DNA of 64,000 nucleotides from the NCBI GenBank assembly GCA_963662315.1, contig OY759353.1:960001-1024000 (forward strand). The letters run 5' to 3'. Shown here piece after piece: positions 55,845-64,000 of the stretch (position 1 is the stretch's first letter; every line of letters starts with the position of its first letter). The translations under genes were made by a program, and so were the position numbers. Below the pieces are notes generated by a model that searched no databases, had not been told where the DNA came from, and was given only the letters and a program-made list of their open reading frames with translations. This DNA comes from Geopsychrobacteraceae bacterium (GTDB lineage: Bacteria > Desulfobacterota > Desulfuromonadia > Desulfuromonadales > Geopsychrobacteraceae).

Positions 55845-56663
55845 CTATTTCATATCTTTGGCCTGAACCCAGATAACAGCATCCTGGCTCAGTTCCTTAC
55901 CTTTGTATTCGGTATCACTACCGGCACCAAGTGCGCAGAAGCCCCACCACCCAGCTTTAGGAATACCAAAGGTAAACTTGCCATCCTGATCAGCTTTAAT
56001 GCCCATGGTGATGAAGCTGTCCTGAGGGGCGTCAACATAGGAAGAACCTGTAGCATTAGCAGCCAGATCAACGTCGCGATTCAGGTACTCAACTTCCAAT
56101 TCAGCAAATGGTACGGGCTTACCGTTACTCATAACGATACCGGTAAAAGTGGAACCGGCCCAGATAGCATATGGCTTGGTCAATGGTACGATTTCAGCTT
56201 TTAACCCAAGAGTCGCATCCCAATCGGTGGGCGCACCGGCAACGTTAACGATCATCTTGGTAATCTGCTGAATGTAAGCATCTTCGTTAGCTTCAAAATA
56301 TGGAGCAGGTTGAAGAATAAACAGATGATCACCCATTTTTTGGGCTTTATATGTAGATGAGAAAGCAGCTCCGGAATTATGATGGCCTTTAAAAGTGATC
56401 GGTTTCAGAGTACTGAGCAGATCTTTTTTCTTCTCTTTGTTAATCACATAAAATTCTTCTACTGCTGCCAGCTTATCAGTATCGTGTTGTTTACCCATAT
56501 CCATGGTGTGCTCATCAGCAAAGGGATGGGTGAAGACTTCGCGCAGTTCGATCTTCTGGCCTTTATTCAGGGCCGATTCAGGGGTGTACAGCATCTGGAA
56601 GTGAGCAGACGCATTACCTGCGATAAGAGCTGCAGCCACAGTCAAAATTGCAATTTTTGTCAT
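55845..56663 (-). CDS. DUF4198 (NikM-like) periplasmic metal-uptake protein
   Basis: ASA|HFQM, FTHPF, EIVPLTKPY and GWWGF. GGAGG RBS. Confidence 0.88.
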   Translation of the reverse strand: MTKIAILTVAAALIAGNASAHFQMLYTPESALNKGQKIELREVFTHPFADEHTMDMGKQHDTDKLAAVEEFYVINKEKKKDLLSTLKPITFKGHHNSGAAFSSTYKAQKMGDHLFILQPAPYFEANEDAYIQQITKMIVNVAGAPTDWDATLGLKAEIVPLTKPYAIWAGSTFTGIVMSNGKPVPFAELEVEYLNRDVDLAANATGSSYVDAPQDSFITMGIKADQDGKFTFGIPKAGWWGFCALGAGSDTEYKGKELSQDAVIWVQAKDMK

Positions 56664-56694
56664 GTTTTTCTTTCCTCCCTGGAAATTTTTGGTT

Positions 56695-57003
56695 TTATTC
56701 AACAATATCCTTGCCATCAACGTAGACCTTGTGTCCTTCTCCGGCATCAAAGACGGCCTGGTAATCACCAGCCGGTTTTTTAAAATTTACTTCGCTGAAC
56801 TCACTCATTTTCGTTTCAACGATTTTGTTGCCATTGACTTCAACATAAAATTTGACACCGCTGGCGCTACTGCCATCACTGAACCCGCCTTCGCAGGTTA
56901 CAGTTCCGTCACCTTCGTCGAAACATGACATAAGCGCGCTATGAGCTGAAGCGTTGCTAACAACAAACAGACTGATAACAAGGCTTAATACTATCCTTTT
57001 CAT
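56695..57003 (-). CDS. Small secreted feo-cluster protein
   Basis: ASA|HSALMSCFDEGDGTVTCEGGFSDGS...FDAGEGH. Confidence 0.85.
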   Translation of the reverse strand: MKRIVLSLVISLFVVSNASAHSALMSCFDEGDGTVTCEGGFSDGSSASGVKFYVEVNGNKIVETKMSEFSEVNFKKPAGDYQAVFDAGEGHKVYVDGKDIVE

Positions 57004-57162
57004 AATGACCTCTTTTTTCTAGTAAGTTGGTTAGTTGCTATTCGATGATTCGAATTAACAACGAATATGTTTCTGATTTGGAAAGATGAAAAATTTTCCC
57101 CAGACTCAAGAAATCAAGCATTTACGCCGAGCTAGTGAAAATTGGCGCCTTTCGGACAGAAA

Positions 57163-59598
57163 CTAATTGGTGCGACTGGCCTGCCAGCCAAACTGCTTGG
57201 ATTTAATTATTCCCAGCACTAATGCCATTAAAACAGTGACCACGTAAAAGTTCCGCATCAGTTCCAGGCCGTTCCAGCCGAAGTTAACCGCCAGGGAAAA
57301 AAACAAGGCGGAAACAGCGATTCCTAAGGACATAGGGAAGCCGATGGCAAACAGCATCCAACGATAGGAATTGGCCTGTATCTTGACGACCACCATCGTG
57401 GCGATACAAGGTGGTGTCAGAATCATAAAAATAAGCATTGACGCCGCATGGATCGGAGTATAAGCACCGTCCTGAGCCATTGATTCTTCTGGCGTAAGTT
57501 CGGTTTTCCCCTGTTCATAAATAGAACCTAGAGTGGCAACGGCACTTTCACGGGCAGCAAAAGAACTCAGAAACGCCACATTGATCCGCCAATCGAAACC
57601 ACAGAATTGGCTGACTGGCTCCAGAGCCCGACCAAGCATGCCCAGGAACGAGTTGGTTATCTTTTCATTTTTGATATCCATCTGCAGCTGCTTGTTGGTT
57701 TTGGACAAACGCCGCAACTCACGATTAAGTTTTTCCGCTTCAGGATTATCCGGGCGAACAAGGGCAAACAATGTCGGAGAAGCCTGCTGGAATTTCTGGT
57801 CAAGGGCTGCGACAGCTTCTTTAGAACCAGCGAGCATGCGATGGGCTTTATAATCATCGTAGAGATTAACCAGTTGCCCTAACTCTGCAGGCTCATCAAT
57901 CGCATCCGCGTAACTGGTGCCACCAGCTTTTTTGGCAAAAGCGCTCATGGCGGCATCAGCACGGCTACTGAATTGTGTCATTTTTTCATCAGCAACACCT
58001 GGATACTGGAGCAGCACAAAAAGAATGACAGCGACAGCCATAACGACAGTGACAACTTTTTTAACGTAAACCCAAACCCGCTGAGTCGCCCTTAGAGCCA
58101 CACCCTTAAAAGTCGGCAGATGGTAGGTGGGCAGTTCCATAACAAAGGGAGCGGTCTCTCGATTGACCAGAACCGTAGCAGTCAGCAGCCGCGCAACGAT
58201 CAAAGCAATAAAGAGCGTTACCGTTGAGATGAAAAACATCATCAAAGCCATTTCTGTTTTAAAAAAAGCACCTAGTAACAAAGTATAAAAGGGAACCTTG
58301 GCAAGACAGTTCATGTAAGGAACTGTCAGGATGGTGGCCAGCCGGGCCCGGTCATCAGCTATGCCCTTAGTGGCCATAATTCCCGGCACTGCACAACCAC
58401 CCACAAAGGCACCACCAAGCACTAAAGGCAGGGTTGATTGCCCATGCAGACCGTAGCGCTTGAAAACGCGGTCAAGAATAAATGCCATGCGTGGCATGTA
58501 ACCGACATCTTCAAGAATGGCGATTAAGGCAAACAGAATAAAAAAGATCGGGACATAATTGAGTAGAGCAATAACACTGTTGGTCATCCAGATCCCAAAG
58601 TCGGTTACCAACGGAACATCGACAAAGGCTCCTGATGGAAGAAAGGAAAGGATCTTATTTTTCAATGCGGCAAGGAATGGCCAGGTATAGTCAGTAAGTT
58701 TGTAGCCCCAGACAATAGCCAGTTCATAAATCAGATAGATCACCAGCCCAAGAACTGGAAAAGCAAACCACCGATTAAGAAGCACGCGATCAATGCGAGC
58801 TGTAAAGGTATCCTGCTTGACACTCTTTTCATCGACCACTTTATGGTAAAGGATATGGGCGTTGTCATAGCGTAATCCGGCAATGGCCTGATCAATATCC
58901 AGATCATGAATAGCATGAATTCTTCGGGTCAGGTCTTTGATTGTTTCAGCACTAACTCCGGTGCGTTCAAGAACGCTCTGATCCCCTTCAAGGCATTTGA
59001 CTGCCAGCCAACGCTGACAAACTTCGGCATTAATGTCGATCTGATCGCCAAGCTCCTTGATATAGGGTTCGAGTTCACCGTAATTGAGCCGAAAAGGTTC
59101 AGTGATACGTTCTTTTGATGCGGAAATGACGGCATCAAGCAACTCGGCTTTGCCTAATTTTTTTGCCCCGACAGTTTTTACCGTACGAACATTGATGAGC
59201 TCCTGCAGACGCGTATCAGAAACAACCAAACCGCGACCTTCGGCAATATCCATCATATTAAGGACAACGATAACCGGCTTACCCAACTCTAGTAACTGGA
59301 GGGTCAGCAACAAGCTGCGACGTAGGCATGAGCTGTCGACAACATTGATAATGACATCAATTTCACTATCAATAAGAAAGTCTTTGGCAACCTTCTCTTC
59401 CAGAGAATAGGTACTAAAGGAATAGGTTCCGGGCAAATCCACCAGTTCGATAGACTGGCCCTTATACTTCAGGCTTGCTGTTTTCTTATCAACGGTGACG
59501 CCGGGATAGTTGGCGACGTGCTGGTTAACCCCCGCCAGCATATTAAAAATTGTTGATTTGCCACAATTTGGCTGCCCTGCCAGTGCTGCTCTTATCAT
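57163..59598 (-). CDS. feoB: Ferrous iron transporter FeoB
   Basis: Motifs GQPNCGKST, NYPGVTV, DLPG, NMMD, EDVGYMPR, FVMELP and PPCIA. Confidence 0.96.
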   Translation of the reverse strand: MIRAALAGQPNCGKSTIFNMLAGVNQHVANYPGVTVDKKTASLKYKGQSIELVDLPGTYSFSTYSLEEKVAKDFLIDSEIDVIINVVDSSCLRRSLLLTLQLLELGKPVIVVLNMMDIAEGRGLVVSDTRLQELINVRTVKTVGAKKLGKAELLDAVISASKERITEPFRLNYGELEPYIKELGDQIDINAEVCQRWLAVKCLEGDQSVLERTGVSAETIKDLTRRIHAIHDLDIDQAIAGLRYDNAHILYHKVVDEKSVKQDTFTARIDRVLLNRWFAFPVLGLVIYLIYELAIVWGYKLTDYTWPFLAALKNKILSFLPSGAFVDVPLVTDFGIWMTNSVIALLNYVPIFFILFALIAILEDVGYMPRMAFILDRVFKRYGLHGQSTLPLVLGGAFVGGCAVPGIMATKGIADDRARLATILTVPYMNCLAKVPFYTLLLGAFFKTEMALMMFFISTVTLFIALIVARLLTATVLVNRETAPFVMELPTYHLPTFKGVALRATQRVWVYVKKVVTVVMAVAVILFVLLQYPGVADEKMTQFSSRADAAMSAFAKKAGGTSYADAIDEPAELGQLVNLYDDYKAHRMLAGSKEAVAALDQKFQQASPTLFALVRPDNPEAEKLNRELRRLSKTNKQLQMDIKNEKITNSFLGMLGRALEPVSQFCGFDWRINVAFLSSFAARESAVATLGSIYEQGKTELTPEESMAQDGAYTPIHAASMLIFMILTPPCIATMVVVKIQANSYRWMLFAIGFPMSLGIAVSALFFSLAVNFGWNGLELMRNFYVVTVLMALVLGIIKSKQFGWQASRTN

Positions 59599-59855
59599 AC
59601 TGGGTCGACCTCAATCAGTGCAGCTTCGGCACGACGCAGGGAAATCAGATAATTGTGAATGGTTATTTCAAGAGGATCCTTCAATGGTGCACTTCTGACC
59701 ATCATGACCTCCACCCCAGGAACAAAGCCCATATTTATCAATTTGGCTTTCAACGGCCCCTTCGCCCGGCAAGCCCGGATAAAAGCCCGTTGATTTTTGC
59801 TCAGCTCAGATAAAGACATAACCTGCTGAGGTTGTTTTAATGCACACTCGTTCAT
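59595..59855 (-). CDS. feoA: Ferrous iron transport protein FeoA
   Basis: MGFVPG..SAPLKDP..SLRRAEA. Confidence 0.93.
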   Translation of the reverse strand: MNECALKQPQQVMSLSELSKNQRAFIRACRAKGPLKAKLINMGFVPGVEVMMVRSAPLKDPLEITIHNYLISLRRAEAALIEVDPV

Positions 59856-59900
59856 AAAGTGACCTTTCTTACTAAAAGAGATTTGCTGTGACAGAGGAGA

Positions 59901-59943
59901 ATTATGCAGAAGGAAAAGTTATAGTTCTGTGACTCAGATCACT
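59901..59943 (-). promoter_or_regulatory. feoA promoter: -10 CATAAT and a Crp-type site
   Basis: TGTGA-ctcaga-TCACT (59928-59943), 21 nt from the -10. Fur-like AT-rich sites lie at 59949-59975. Confidence 0.75.
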
Positions 59944-60116
59944 GATCTTGAAATTATTTTTAAAAATCAATTTCACTTAGCGCACGGGCGATTAATGAAT
60001 GGATTTCTTTACAGAAAATATATTCATAAAGATTGATTTTAAGAATGGACAAACAAAATCAGACAGGCTTACTTCTATGCCTTTATGTTAGAAGTAAACC
60101 TGCGATCAAAACAAAA

Positions 60117-60425
60117 TTACTCAAATATATCTTTCCCGAAAACTGTCACCTGGTGCCCCGGACCAGCATCAAAAACGACCTTGTAATCTCCATCGGGTTT
60201 GGAAAAGACGAACTCCCCTTCTTTAGATATTTTCCCACGGATAAGAGTTTTATCATCAAGTTGACGAACAAAAATCCGCACTCCAACTGCGGAGGATCCG
60301 TCGGAAAAACCACCCTCGCAAGACACAGTTCCATCGCCATTATCAAAGCAGGAACACAAGGCAGAATGGGCACTTGCCCACGACGGAATCAAGAGAAGAA
60401 AACACACAATAATGATCTTCTTCAT
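60117..60425 (-). CDS. Paralogue of the small secreted feo-cluster protein
   Basis: ASA|HSALCSCFDNGDGTVSCEGGFSDGS...FDAGPGH. Confidence 0.85.
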   Translation of the reverse strand: MKKIIIVCFLLLIPSWASAHSALCSCFDNGDGTVSCEGGFSDGSSAVGVRIFVRQLDDKTLIRGKISKEGEFVFSKPDGDYKVVFDAGPGHQVTVFGKDIFE

Positions 60426-60427
60426 GA

Positions 60428-61165
60428 CTATTTTGTCGTTTCAAAAGTCAGAGTAAAAACATGCCAGGCTATCTTTTTACCAGCCAAGGGCTTGTAATAA
60501 GCACCGGAAATAATTTGCAACCCCGGAGGCCCAACTTTAATCATCACGGGTTCCAGGTCAGTCCTTTCAGGCTGCTCTGGCTCCTCGATCGACGAATCGG
60601 AAGAAAGCGCCACCTTGGACCCCTTGACAGGCATAACCTGCCCTTCAAAGTAAAACTGAACCGGAAGCAGATCACCCTCTTTCAATTTGGTCGGATCCAT
60701 TAAGGGAACAGCTTCGGTACGCATTCCCAATGGCTTTGACAACCAAGGCTCCCAACGGCTAATGTGCTTCGAATATTTGTAAGAGACTCCCTCCTCGACA
60801 ATTGTCAGCCCCTTTTCCACACCTGCGGGTTGCTTAAGCTGTTTCCATCCATCCTCCTCGGTGTGATACCAATACCAGTTATCAAATACGATGCTTAAGG
60901 CCGGATAATCATCGGTCAGGTAGGCGAAGGCCTGATCATTCTTGCTTACAGGCTCAATTTCCGTCTTCCACCCGGTATCGGTATAGCCGATCAGACTGAC
61001 AATCCTCTCCGCAGGATAAGGATCAGTATGCCCCGGGTGTCCATAGAGAACGTGTACCTTGTCCTGTTCTTGCTCCATCCACAAGTTATGTGCCTGAACT
61101 GATGCGACCATAAAGGTCGATAGCAGGCACAACGCGAAAAAACATTTTAGAACCCTTTTTTGCAT
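60428..61165 (-). CDS. Second DUF4198-like periplasmic protein
   Basis: VQA|HNLW..VLYGHPG, EAVPLMDPTKLKEGD and TLTFE. AAGGAG RBS. Confidence 0.8.
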   Translation of the reverse strand: MQKRVLKCFFALCLLSTFMVASVQAHNLWMEQEQDKVHVLYGHPGHTDPYPAERIVSLIGYTDTGWKTEIEPVSKNDQAFAYLTDDYPALSIVFDNWYWYHTEEDGWKQLKQPAGVEKGLTIVEEGVSYKYSKHISRWEPWLSKPLGMRTEAVPLMDPTKLKEGDLLPVQFYFEGQVMPVKGSKVALSSDSSIEEPEQPERTDLEPVMIKVGPPGLQIISGAYYKPLAGKKIAWHVFTLTFETTK

Positions 61166-61299
61166 GGCTGACTCCTTCGTCATTTTATTAGAGAGGGAAA
61201 TTCATTAGATGAGTACGCAGATCGCTTACAATTCCTTTTGCCATATAGGCACTGTGCGCTTACTGAGTACTCAAGCGAAAATGTACGTGATCGGGCGGG

Positions 61300-61342
61300 A
61301 TTATAGAGCAACAGAAAACCATAATCTGTGACGATTGTCATA
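61300..61342 (-). promoter_or_regulatory. Promoter: -10 TATAAT and a Crp-type site
   Basis: TGTGA-cgattg-TCATA (61327-61342), 21 nt from TATAAT. Confidence 0.78.
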
Positions 61343-61495
61343 GATTATGAATTTCTTTTTCAATATTTTCATAGCACTATGTTTCATGAGCGGGCTCAAG
61401 TGATTTTATGTGAGACCCTTTTTTTATCTGCCAGAAAATTGCTCAACATCTGATATTCCTTAGTCGCAGCAGGATATCCTAGCCAGGATCTTAAA

Positions 61496-62761
61496 ATGAA
61501 TAAACAATCACGCTATAAAATGTACAAAAAGAGAAATCAACACCTACAGATTAAACAAGAAATACAGCAAATAACGCAATTTTCACCCACCTCGCATTGT
61601 GAGACAAAGAACAAGAACTTCCTCCAGGTTGATCTTGGGGACTATCGGATACATCACGTATTTGATGGCTTTCTGGATATCCTGCTCAATCTTCTGGCTC
61701 ACCGTGATTATTCAACTTATCTACATTCATTACGTGTGGCGGAGATCTCCCGCCGTATCGGCCGCAACCTTTTCCTGACCGAAGATGAAGTGATCTTATT
61801 GGAACATGGTGGGCTTATTCATGATATCGGTAAAATATCTATCCCGGATGACATATTACTCAAGCCTGGCCGTTTTTCGAATCAAGATCGCAATATTATG
61901 AATACTCACTCTGTGCTTGGCGCACAGCTATTCTACGGCAAAGGCATTGACGAACGCCTGGCAGAAATTGCCTTGAACCATCACGAACGACTTGATGGCA
62001 GCGGCTACCCTAACGGACTGCAAGGAGATCATATTTCCCTCTATGCACGAATTATTGCGGTCGCCGATGTTTATGAAGCGCTTATTGCCAAACGCCCCTA
62101 CAAGGAAAGCTTCAACCGTAAAACAGCTCTGGATAATCTGTGGCGCGATGTCGATGACGGTAAGCTGGAAGGCTCAATTGTCCTTGCACTTGAAAAGGTG
62201 ACCCTGTATTGGAATCCTTTAGAGATCAAGGGTCTATCTATTCCTGGACCTATTTTTCAGCTGGAGGACTTTCGCCGTTCAACCTATTTTCGTGAGCCGA
62301 TGAGCCCTTTCTATAACTACCGCTATCTCTTTACCCTTGAAAACAACCGAAAAATTCTCTTCAAACGTACATCCTACAGTTTACTGTCTATCTCATTTCT
62401 TCATCTTAAAATCCTAAACAGGGTAAAAGGCTACATTGAAACAGACCGGATTATAAACGCCTTTGGAGAACGGCTTCAGGAACATATCGATACTATTTGC
62501 GGCACACTATCATCACAGGGAGGCCAAACGCCCCTGCTGCTGAAAAAGGGGGCGGACTATGTCATCTACTGTCCTGACAACGGAAAATGCTGGCAACAAG
62601 TCCAACAAGCTATAGCGAATAGTATTAAAGAGGGTAAAGAGAAAAATCAGATCAGCTGTCTTTTGCATCACCGCAATTTTTCAGCAACTGTCCCCTTTGA
62701 GGACGCTTTGAATCAGCTTTTTGAAACGAGTGAATACAATGACCAAAAAATATGTTCGTGA
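61496..62761 (+). CDS. HD-GYP phosphodiesterase with a degenerate C-terminal GGDEF-like domain
   Basis: Motifs HSLRV, HDIGK, HHERLDGSGYP and RPYK. The C-terminus has EPMSPFYNYRY..KGADY. Confidence 0.88.
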   Translation: MNKQSRYKMYKKRNQHLQIKQEIQQITQFSPTSHCETKNKNFLQVDLGDYRIHHVFDGFLDILLNLLAHRDYSTYLHSLRVAEISRRIGRNLFLTEDEVILLEHGGLIHDIGKISIPDDILLKPGRFSNQDRNIMNTHSVLGAQLFYGKGIDERLAEIALNHHERLDGSGYPNGLQGDHISLYARIIAVADVYEALIAKRPYKESFNRKTALDNLWRDVDDGKLEGSIVLALEKVTLYWNPLEIKGLSIPGPIFQLEDFRRSTYFREPMSPFYNYRYLFTLENNRKILFKRTSYSLLSISFLHLKILNRVKGYIETDRIINAFGERLQEHIDTICGTLSSQGGQTPLLLKKGADYVIYCPDNGKCWQQVQQAIANSIKEGKEKNQISCLLHHRNFSATVPFEDALNQLFETSEYNDQKICS

Positions 62762-63695
62762 ACAGGGTAACCAGATACGACCTTTCCGGGTCTGGCCATT
62801 AGGTATAACAACACGGGTTGCGTTGTTTATAATGGTAATTGTTCTTATACCGATGATATTTACATCATGGCTCATTGAAAGTAGCCGCCTGCTGCCTGGT
62901 GACAACTATTATTTTGCGTTTCCTGCTGCTGTGGTCTTTTTGTTAACTCCTATATCACGGCTGGTTGCACATATTCTGATAAACCACGATATAAAAACCA
63001 TCAACCACTTCTGCGATGAAATTAAAAAGGGGAATTATCACAACTACTTTCAATTGGGAAACGAAGGTGAAAACGAGGACGAATTCCTCGTTCTGTTGCG
63101 TAATCTGACCTGGATGAGCCAAGGCTTGGCGCGCCGACAGGAAACTCTTGAATATCGCTACGAAAATGTTCAGCGCCAGTACATAGCTATGGAAGAACAG
63201 GCCTTCACCGATGCTCTGACCGGCTTATATAACCGTCACTACTTAGAGCACCTCTATAATAAAAAGACGCTGAAAAACAGTGAAACAACCTCCATTATCA
63301 GTGTTATATTTATCGACTGTGATGGCTTTAAACTGGTCAACGATAACCTTGGCCATCATATTGGGGATCAATTACTCAAAGATCTGGCCGCCGGGATACG
63401 CAAAGCTATCAGGCAAGGTACCGATATTCCCCTGCGCATGGGTGGTGACGAATTTGCTGTGCTGTTACCACAAACAGATGGTCGCCAGGCAGAAAAAATC
63501 GCTTATCGCATCCGCCTGCTATACAACAAGCTTAAAGTTCCTTTTACATCTTTGTCGATTGGTGTTGCCTCTTCACTATGTACGATAGAAAACTACCGCT
63601 TCCACCTCGAACAACTATTTCGCCAGGCAGATGAACAAGCCTACAGGATTAAACAAGAAGGTGGAAATGGAATTGCCCGAACTAAAGCCGCCTGA
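62739..63695 (+). CDS. Membrane diguanylate cyclase (2 TM, HAMP-like, GGDEF)
   Basis: Motifs TDALTGLYN, DCDGFKLVND..GH..GD and RMGGDEF. Confidence 0.92.
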   Translation: MTKKYVREQGNQIRPFRVWPLGITTRVALFIMVIVLIPMIFTSWLIESSRLLPGDNYYFAFPAAVVFLLTPISRLVAHILINHDIKTINHFCDEIKKGNYHNYFQLGNEGENEDEFLVLLRNLTWMSQGLARRQETLEYRYENVQRQYIAMEEQAFTDALTGLYNRHYLEHLYNKKTLKNSETTSIISVIFIDCDGFKLVNDNLGHHIGDQLLKDLAAGIRKAIRQGTDIPLRMGGDEFAVLLPQTDGRQAEKIAYRIRLLYNKLKVPFTSLSIGVASSLCTIENYRFHLEQLFRQADEQAYRIKQEGGNGIARTKAA

Positions 63696-64000
63696 CAGGA
63701 TTGGTCCAGGCACCTCCCCCATTATTCTGAGTCAGCTTCTGCCCGTCTGCGCTCATTGAGTATCATAAAAGTCATAGAGTATCCAAGGGCCAGATATCAT
63801 GCTATGAACTGTGAACGAAAGCATTGTGATGCTTTTGAAGGTGAGGAGGATTTCCATCTCTTTATCGGCATTTTGAAAAGCCAGCGCCAGCGCAGCTATT
63901 TCAAGATTTGAGTCTATACTGGAGGGGAATGTTACTTTCAGCTCTCTAAAAAAAGCCGGTCCGGTAGTACTACAAGTGCCACCGGACCGACTGGTTGATT

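Noticed and set aside
1..64000. CRISPR arrays, tRNA/rRNA genes, intact integrases or prophage genes
   Set aside because: None was recognised while reading the window. The island has no visible integrase or att boundary here.

Overview
Bacterial chromosomal window, probably from an anaerobic deltaproteobacterium such as Desulfuromonadia (inferred from gene content and the style of its Fur boxes). The left part (1-24 kb) holds a PilZ protein, a fadE-thiolase-fadJ-fadD beta-oxidation operon, an rsgA with a candidate leader peptide, and decayed mobile DNA (the 3' end of a class C group II intron, an IS5-like fragment and an ABM pseudogene). It also holds a PPi-type phosphofructokinase and a Zur-boxed COG0523 metallochaperone. 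One operon, under a cobalamin riboswitch and tandem NrdR boxes, encodes a split class III ribonucleotide reductase followed by an unusual three-gene methionine synthase. The right part (24-61 kb) is an iron-starvation island. Its core is an apparently single operon of about 25 kb on the minus strand, joining a hybrid type IV pilus/T2SS machine (pilins, PilM/N- and PilO-like proteins, PilT, PilB/GspE, PilC/GspF, secretin) to an omptin-like barrel, MoxR-DUF58-transglutaminase, an FTR1 iron permease, an imelysin, a di-haem protein and a VKOR-thioredoxin. Flanking it are a second imelysin, two flavodoxins, a Crp/Fnr regulator and a feoAB-DUF4198 cluster. Six promoters in the island share a TGTGA-N6-TCACA-like site exactly 21 nt upstream of a -10 hexamer, three of them with overlapping Fur boxes. 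The best candidate for an undescribed system is a Fur/Crp-regulated retractile type IV filament dedicated to iron acquisition. All calls come from reading motifs by eye; no database searches were run.
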